From: an uncultured Zetaproteobacteria bacterium
GTDB lineage: Bacteria; Pseudomonadota; Zetaproteobacteria; Mariprofundales; Mariprofundaceae
DNA: 64,000 nucleotides
Assembly: GCA_964422615.1 (NCBI GenBank)
Contig: CAYRBJ010000001.1
Location: 1,025-65,024, forward strand
Reading direction: 5' to 3'
The notes under the pieces were generated by a model. That model made no database searches, was not told where the DNA came from, and saw only the letters and a list, made by a program, of their open reading frames with translations. Shown in pieces: positions 59,075-64,000 of the stretch; positions within the stretch are counted from its first letter, which is position 1; each line of letters starts with the position of its first letter. The translations under genes were made by a program, and so were the position numbers.

Positions 59075-59644
59075 TCAGTTGAAGATCGGGAAATGGGCGC
59101 TGGAGGCCATGAAGAACAGCATCGGGATCGATAGCAGGACATTGCTGCGGCTGGCGATCAGGGCACGCCTGCCGGCGGCGGCCTTCGCCTCGGCCCCGGC
59201 CGCGACAATGCCGAGCACCCGTTTCTGCGCCGGCCAGATGATGAACCAGACGTTGAACCACATGATGATGGCGAATGTGGCGCCGATGCGGATATCCCAA
59301 CCCTCGGCATGCGTTGCGGCCAGGTGCATGTAGAGGATGCCGCCGAACAGCAGCGTAAACATCGCCGCCCAGCGGAACCACCACAACGCCCGGAATGCAA
59401 AACCGCCTTCCTTGAACAGTTCGGCCTTGGTCTCGGCCGAGAAGGAGGCCATCGCCGGTGCCTGCACGAAGTTGAAAAAGTACAGCAGGCCGACCCAGGT
59501 GATGCCGGCCAGGAAGTGGCCCCAACGGGCCAAGTCGTAGATGTCGGGAACGGCGCCGCTATGGGCGATGCCGATGCCGATCAGTACCGCGGCAAGGATG
59601 AATCCGGCGGCAATGGTCAGCCGGTGGTCGGTCAGCAGTTTCAT
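59075..59644 (-). CDS. Polytopic membrane protein resembling the membrane domain of PuuD-type urate hydroxylases (tentative)
   Basis: WGHFLAGITWVGLLYFFNFVQ motif and about 5 TM segments. AGGAGAGGAG precedes ATG 59644. It has no cytochrome c domain. Confidence 0.75.
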   Translation of the reverse strand: MKLLTDHRLTIAAGFILAAVLIGIGIAHSGAVPDIYDLARWGHFLAGITWVGLLYFFNFVQAPAMASFSAETKAELFKEGGFAFRALWWFRWAAMFTLLFGGILYMHLAATHAEGWDIRIGATFAIIMWFNVWFIIWPAQKRVLGIVAAGAEAKAAAGRRALIASRSNVLLSIPMLFFMASSAHFPIFN

Positions 59645-59708
59645 GTTGTCTCCTCTCCTGAAGGCGGATGCACGGGGAATGATTGGCCGGCAAGGTGAAG
59701 AGTGCATG

Positions 59709-59738
59709 AAAAAGAGCGGCCCGGAGGCCGCTCTTTTT
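59709..59738. terminator. Bidirectional rho-independent terminator after sodB
   Basis: aaaaagagcggcc-cgga-ggccgctcttttt: a 13-bp perfect stem flanked by A-runs and T-runs. Confidence 0.85.
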
Positions 59739-59756
59739 CATCGCGCAAAGCCGGGC

Positions 59757-60335
59757 TCAGCCGAAGTTGGCGGCAGCGAACTCCCAGTTTACCAGCTTCC
59801 AGAAGGCCTCGACATATTTCGGCCGTGCGTTGCGGTAGTCGATGTAATAGGCGTGCTCCCAGACATCGCAGGTCAGTACCGGCGTGACGCCATCGGTGAT
59901 CGGGCAGCCGGCATTCGAGGTGTTGACGATGGCCAGCTTGCCCGCGGCGTCCTTGACCAGCCAAGTCCAGCCGGAACCGAAGTTCGTGGCAGCGGAGGTG
60001 GAGAATTTATCCTTGAAGGCATCGAAGCTGCCGAAGGTATCGTCGATGGCCGAAGCCAGCGCACCCGTGGGGGAGCCTCCACCGCTGGGAGACAGGCAAT
60101 TCCAGTAGAAGGTGTGGTTCCAGACCTGCGCGGCGTTGTTGAACAGGCCGCCGCTCGCACTCTTGATGATCTTTTCCAGCGACTTTCCGGCATTGTCCGT
60201 GCCCTCGGTCAGCTTGTTCAGGTTGGCGACATAGGTGCTGTGATGCTTGCCGTGGTGGTATTCAAGGGTTTCGGCCGAGATATGCGGCTCCAGAGCATCC
60301 TGGGTATAAGGCAGTGGCGGCAGTTCGAAAGACAT
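59757..60335 (-). CDS. sodB: Superoxide dismutase [Fe]
   Basis: MSFELPPLPY, HHGKHH and DVWEHAYYIDY motifs. Confidence 0.96.
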   Translation of the reverse strand: MSFELPPLPYTQDALEPHISAETLEYHHGKHHSTYVANLNKLTEGTDNAGKSLEKIIKSASGGLFNNAAQVWNHTFYWNCLSPSGGGSPTGALASAIDDTFGSFDAFKDKFSTSAATNFGSGWTWLVKDAAGKLAIVNTSNAGCPITDGVTPVLTCDVWEHAYYIDYRNARPKYVEAFWKLVNWEFAAANFG

Positions 60336-60519
60336 GGGGGTTCCTCCTTATGGGTAGCGGGTATTGTAGACCACTTCATTCCAGTTTGTTCAAGGGTTGG
60401 GTCGAAGTCGGTTTGGATCAACCATTAATAAAATACGGATAGAGTCAAGCCGCTTGCACGACGCTAGGGTTTGGCATACTACTAGCGCCTGCCATGCGGC
60501 TGCAGCAAGGGAGTGACGG

Positions 60520-60804
60520 ATGGACACGTCGAAGAACAAACAGCGCTGGAAACCGGGCAAGAGGGACGCGATCTTCCTGGCCCTGGTCGGGGCGGTGGTG
60601 CTGACCCTGGTGTTTACCAGCAGCAAAAAGACAACCAAGCCGACCCCGGACGATATGGTGCACCGCACGGCGACCTCGCGTGCCCAGTGCATGCATTGCC
60701 ATGGCCCCAACGGCGTGCGTCCGCAGCCCAAGGGACATATCAAGGGCGGCCAATGTTTTCTGTGCCACCTGCAACCCAAGGACTGGAAAGGGCCGGTAAA
60801 GTAG
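60520..60804 (+). CDS. Membrane-anchored mini protein with two CXXCH motifs (94 aa)
   Basis: TM segment AIFLALVGAVVLTLVF, then HRTATSRAQCMHCH and KGHIKGGQCFLCH. GGGAG lies 6 nt upstream of the ATG. The stop TAG abuts the nadK ATG. Confidence 0.7.
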   Translation: MDTSKNKQRWKPGKRDAIFLALVGAVVLTLVFTSSKKTTKPTPDDMVHRTATSRAQCMHCHGPNGVRPQPKGHIKGGQCFLCHLQPKDWKGPVK

Positions 60805-61653
60805 ATGCGTACGATCGGCGTCAGCGCCAAGCCACATGATGAACGGGCCAAAGCCATGGCCTGCGAGCTGATCGACTGGCTACGGCAGCAGGGACGTCAA
60901 GTGCTGGTTGACAGCACCGTACCCGGATTCGACGAGCTGCCGCTGGTTGAGATGCCGAAACGGGTGAACCTGATGGTGGTGTTGGGTGGCGACGGTACGC
61001 TGCTGCACGTGGCGCGGCGCTTCATCGGCCATGATACGCCGATCCTCGGCATCAATCTCGGGCGCCTCGGTTTCCTGACCGAAGCCGCCGCCGGCAACAT
61101 GCGGGAGGTGGTGGAGCAGGTGCTGGCAGGCCATGCCAAGATCAAGACGCATTTCAGCCTGCAGGCGCAGGCCTGGCGTGACGGCCAGGCACTGGACTCG
61201 GGCCATGCCATCAACGATGTGGTGCTGCAGCGCAATGTGCATCCGCGCATGATCGAGTTCGAGATGCACGTGTTCGGCCATTTCATGTTCCGGCTGCGCG
61301 CCGACGGCCTGGTGCTCGCCACCCCGGCCGGCTCTACCGCCTATGCCCTGTCGGCCGGCGGCCCCATCGTGCATCCGGAGGTGGCGGCGATCAGTGTGGT
61401 GCCGATCTGCCCGCATGTGCTGTCCAATCGCCCGGTGGTGCTGCCCGCTTCCGCCAGTATCGAGCTGATCCTGACCGACAGCCCGGAACCAGCGGCGCTG
61501 AATCTCGACGGACAGGTGCATCACGAACTGTGCGCCGGTGACCGCATCCAGGTGGACCGTGCCGGCACGGTATCGCTGGCCTATCTACCGGAGCGGCATT
61601 ATTTCGAGGTGCTGCGCTCCAAGCTGTTATGGGCCGGCCACGCCCAGGAATAG
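60805..61653 (+). CDS. nadK: NAD kinase
   Basis: VVLGGDGTLLHVAR, NDVV, and TPAGSTAYALSAGGP motifs. Confidence 0.95.
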   Translation: MRTIGVSAKPHDERAKAMACELIDWLRQQGRQVLVDSTVPGFDELPLVEMPKRVNLMVVLGGDGTLLHVARRFIGHDTPILGINLGRLGFLTEAAAGNMREVVEQVLAGHAKIKTHFSLQAQAWRDGQALDSGHAINDVVLQRNVHPRMIEFEMHVFGHFMFRLRADGLVLATPAGSTAYALSAGGPIVHPEVAAISVVPICPHVLSNRPVVLPASASIELILTDSPEPAALNLDGQVHHELCAGDRIQVDRAGTVSLAYLPERHYFEVLRSKLLWAGHAQE

Positions 61654-61668
61654 ACACAGCCTGCTCTG

Positions 61669-63333
61669 ATGCTGAGCGAACTGCTCATCCGCGAATTCGC
61701 GCTGATCGACGAGGCGAGCCTGAGCCTGGGCCCAGGCATGACCGTATTCACCGGAGAAACCGGCGCCGGCAAGTCCATTCTCGTCGATGCCCTGGGGGCG
61801 GCCTTCGGGGCCCGGGCCAGCCAGGAATGGGTGCGCTATGGCGCCAAGCAGGCCGAGGTGGTGGCCACCCTGAACTGTGACGATGCCCGCCTGGTATCGC
61901 TGCTGGCGGAGCAGGCCATCGAAGCCGATGAGGCGCTGATCCTGCGCCGCGTCATCAAGGCCGACGGCAAATCCAGCGCCTATGTCAACGGTACACCGGC
62001 GCCGGTGCGCCTGCTGCAGCAGATCGGCGATTTGCTGCTCGACCTGCACGGCCAGCATGAACACCAGGCGCTGCTGCGTCCGGATTTCCAGCGCCAACTG
62101 GTCGATGCCCGCCTGCCCGACGGCCTATGCCGGACGGTGGCAGCGGCTTATGAGCGCTGGCGCCAGACCGGAGAACGACTGGCGGCGCTGCAGGCCGAGC
62201 GCTCCGACAGTGGGCGCCAGGAGCAATGGATGCGCGATGAGCTGGCTCGCCTGGCCGAGATCGGCGTCGAGCAGGGACTGGTGGAGACGCTGCAGGCCGA
62301 GGTGGATCAGGGCCGGCATTTCGCCCAGATCCAGGAGGCAGCGACCCGCGCCCTGGCATTGCTGGAGGACGGCGATCCGGATGCGCGCGCGCTTCTGGCC
62401 GGAGCCCGGCACGCCCTGTCCGACGTGGCCGACTACCAATCTGAATTGCAGGAGGGCATGGAACTGCTTGACCAGACCGACGCGCTGCTCGGCGAGGTGG
62501 CATACCGGTTGCGCCATGCCATGGATGCCTCGTTCGACGAACAGGCTCTGCGTGTTGCCGAGACGCGCCTGATGGATATGCACGATGCCATGCGCCGGCA
62601 CCAGACCGACGAGGACGGACTGCTCGCCCGGATGCGCGAATGGGAGGAGGCCCTGTCCCGGCTGGATACGGCGGGCTGGGATGAGGAGGGCCTGCGCGCA
62701 GAGCAGGCGGCGGCGGCGGCCGAGTACGGGCAGGCGGCAGCGGCGCTGAGCGCGGCGCGCGGTAAGGCGGCGGCGGAACTGGCCGCGGAGCTGCGGCCAT
62801 TCCTCGATCGGCTGGCCCTGAAGGGTATGCAGGTGCGCATCGACGTGGAGCCCGGAGATGGTGGGGCCGCGTGGAGCGCGCAGGGGTTAGATGCGGTGCG
62901 TTTCATGGCTTCGTCGAATCCGGGCGAGCCGTTCCGGGAACTGGCGGCCATCGCCTCGGGCGGTGAGATGTCGCGCTTCGTGCTGGCCCTGAAGGGATGC
63001 GGCGCATTGGCGCAGGCCCCGCATGTGGCGGTATTCGACGAGGTCGATGTCGGCATCGGCGGCGAAACGGCCTGGTGCGTCGGCGAGCTGCTGGCGGCCA
63101 TGGGGCGGGAGCGGCAGGTGCTGGTGGTGTCGCATCTGCCCCAGGTGGCTGCCTGTGCGCAGCATCAGGTACGCATCAAGAAGATCGAGGGCGAGCGCAC
63201 GGTCACGCGGGTGGAAACCCTGGCCGACGGCGAACGCCTGGATGAGATCGCACGCATGCTCGGCGGCACCGACAGCCAGGGTCGGGCGCATGCCACCCAG
63301 ATGCTGGCACGCGGCCAAGGGCAGCCGGCATGA
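61669..63333 (+). CDS. recN: DNA repair protein RecN
   Basis: Walker A TGETGAGKSI, long coiled coils, and a C-terminal GGEMSRFVLAL...FDEVDVGIGG. Confidence 0.96.
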   Translation: MLSELLIREFALIDEASLSLGPGMTVFTGETGAGKSILVDALGAAFGARASQEWVRYGAKQAEVVATLNCDDARLVSLLAEQAIEADEALILRRVIKADGKSSAYVNGTPAPVRLLQQIGDLLLDLHGQHEHQALLRPDFQRQLVDARLPDGLCRTVAAAYERWRQTGERLAALQAERSDSGRQEQWMRDELARLAEIGVEQGLVETLQAEVDQGRHFAQIQEAATRALALLEDGDPDARALLAGARHALSDVADYQSELQEGMELLDQTDALLGEVAYRLRHAMDASFDEQALRVAETRLMDMHDAMRRHQTDEDGLLARMREWEEALSRLDTAGWDEEGLRAEQAAAAAEYGQAAAALSAARGKAAAELAAELRPFLDRLALKGMQVRIDVEPGDGGAAWSAQGLDAVRFMASSNPGEPFRELAAIASGGEMSRFVLALKGCGALAQAPHVAVFDEVDVGIGGETAWCVGELLAAMGRERQVLVVSHLPQVAACAQHQVRIKKIEGERTVTRVETLADGERLDEIARMLGGTDSQGRAHATQMLARGQGQPA

Positions 63334-63857
63334 CAGAGCATCGCATCACCGTGCGCATGGCCGAAACCGACGATGTCGGGGCGATCCATGCCCTGCTGCA
63401 ACCCTTCGCCGATAAGGGGATCATCCTGCCGCGCGCGCACGACGATCTGTACCAGCACCTGCAGGAAATCGTGGTGGCCGAGTATGACGGTGCGGCCGTG
63501 GGCACGGTGGCCCTGCACATCTACGGCTCGAATCTGGCGGAGATCCGCTCGCTGGTGGTGCAGCCGGATCATCAGAAGAAACAGATCGGGCGCTTACTGA
63601 TCGAGGCGGCCGAGCAGTGGGCTGCCGGGTTGGGTATCGCACGCATTTTCGCCCTGACCTATGTGCCGGATTTTTTCGCGCGGCTCGGTTATTCCCAGGT
63701 GCTGAAGGAAACCCTGCCCCACAAGGTGTGGACCGTGTGCGTGCACTGCGCCAAGTTCGCCGATTGCGACGAAGTGGCGATGGAAAAGCGCCTGTCCGAT
63801 GCCCCGATCCAGCCGATGAGACTGATTCCGATCCTCGAGGTCAGCCAGTCGGACTGA
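63330..63857 (+). CDS. GNAT N-acetyltransferase (short ArgA-like amino-acid acetyltransferase)
   Basis: EIRSLVVQPDHQKKQIGRLLIEAAE acetyl-CoA motif. It overlaps the recN stop. Confidence 0.85.
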   Translation: MTEHRITVRMAETDDVGAIHALLQPFADKGIILPRAHDDLYQHLQEIVVAEYDGAAVGTVALHIYGSNLAEIRSLVVQPDHQKKQIGRLLIEAAEQWAAGLGIARIFALTYVPDFFARLGYSQVLKETLPHKVWTVCVHCAKFADCDEVAMEKRLSDAPIQPMRLIPILEVSQSD

Positions 63858-63867
63858 TGCTTCTGAT

Positions 63868-64000
63868 TTAGTCCTGCGGTAGTGCTGAGAGCATGGCGCG
63901 CACGGCCGATTCCGCCGCCTCCAGGCGCATCGCATCGCGGCCGCTGAGACAGATCTTGCCGGCAGGCGGATGGGTGAAGTGGCTGGGATAGGAGCCGATC
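63868..64000 (-). CDS. 3' end of an unidentified gene (continues beyond the window)
   Basis: My own translation of the minus strand gives ...IGSYPSHFTHPPAGKICLSGRDAMRLEAAESAVRAMLSALPQD-stop (TAA 63868-63870). It shows coding-like third-position GC. The family is not identified. Confidence 0.4.
   Translation of the reverse strand, partial: IGSYPSHFTHPPAGKICLSGRDAMRLEAAESAVRAMLSALPQD

Noticed and set aside
60336-60519. Possible Fur box or sRNA in the sodB / mini-cytochrome divergent spacer
   Set aside because: There is an AT-rich stretch (ccattaataaaatacgg), but it has no dyad resembling GATAATGATAATCATTATC and no terminator-like structure. The evidence is insufficient.
61600-61668. LexA (SOS) box upstream of recN
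   Set aside because: I looked for CTGT-N8-ACAG in the 15-nt nadK-recN gap and at the end of nadK. No convincing match was found. recN appears to be read through from nadK, or to use a non-E. coli-type box.
61985-62800. 271-aa minus-strand ORF (Pro/Ala/Arg-rich), plus several others opposite recN
   Set aside because: They are antisense to recN. They are shadow ORFs.

Overview
GC-rich proteobacterial chromosome segment (hand counts of typical 60-nt lines are well above 60% G+C). Gene content and order look gammaproteobacterial, and the window is centred on the replication-origin neighbourhood. The core is gyrB-recF-dnaN-dnaA on the minus strand, divergent from rpmH-rnpA-yidD-yidC-mnmE-[prk]-mnmG-rsmG-parA-parB-mtnA on the plus strand. 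This is followed by RNase P RNA (rnpB), sspB, and a DUF2066-like / CDP-alcohol phosphatidyltransferase / hda cluster. Left of the core lie a groEL 3' end, a lower-GC accessory patch (PilX-like protein, a 658-aa secreted protein, and a low-GC putative outer-membrane protein), sppA, lgt, xthA, yjbQ, the complete rod-shape operon mreBCD-mrdA-rodA, TauE/DUF1634, a CaCA antiporter, and purM-X-purN. Right of the core lie ppnP, trmFO, a SIMPL protein, ogt, tRNA-Ala(CGC), an RCK potassium-channel homologue, grxC-aquaglyceroporin-arsM, yqaA, DUF1456, a CHASE2-TPR-Ser/Thr kinase, an AEC transporter, a ClC channel, uvrD, an arsC-family gene, plsC, gmhB, two very small CXXCH proteins, sodB, nadK-recN and a GNAT. 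I saw no CRISPR array, transposase, integrase, rRNA or obvious prophage. Features not in the ORF track that I could support from the sequence are rpmH (44 aa), rnpB, tRNA-Ala, two near-consensus parS sites, a DnaA-box cluster between dnaA and dnaN, and several hairpin terminators. There is no clear-cut new multi-gene system. The best candidates for something undescribed are listed below.
- An orphan PilX-like plus 658-aa secreted-protein pair, the latter carrying a DxDxDG loop.
- The low-GC outer-membrane-like gene next to that pair.
- Two mini CXXCH proteins embedded in housekeeping operons.
- A 318-aa membrane protein inserted in the purM-purN operon.
- parS sites whose central GTG coincides with start codons.
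The many long ORFs antisense to real genes are GC-driven shadows and were rejected.
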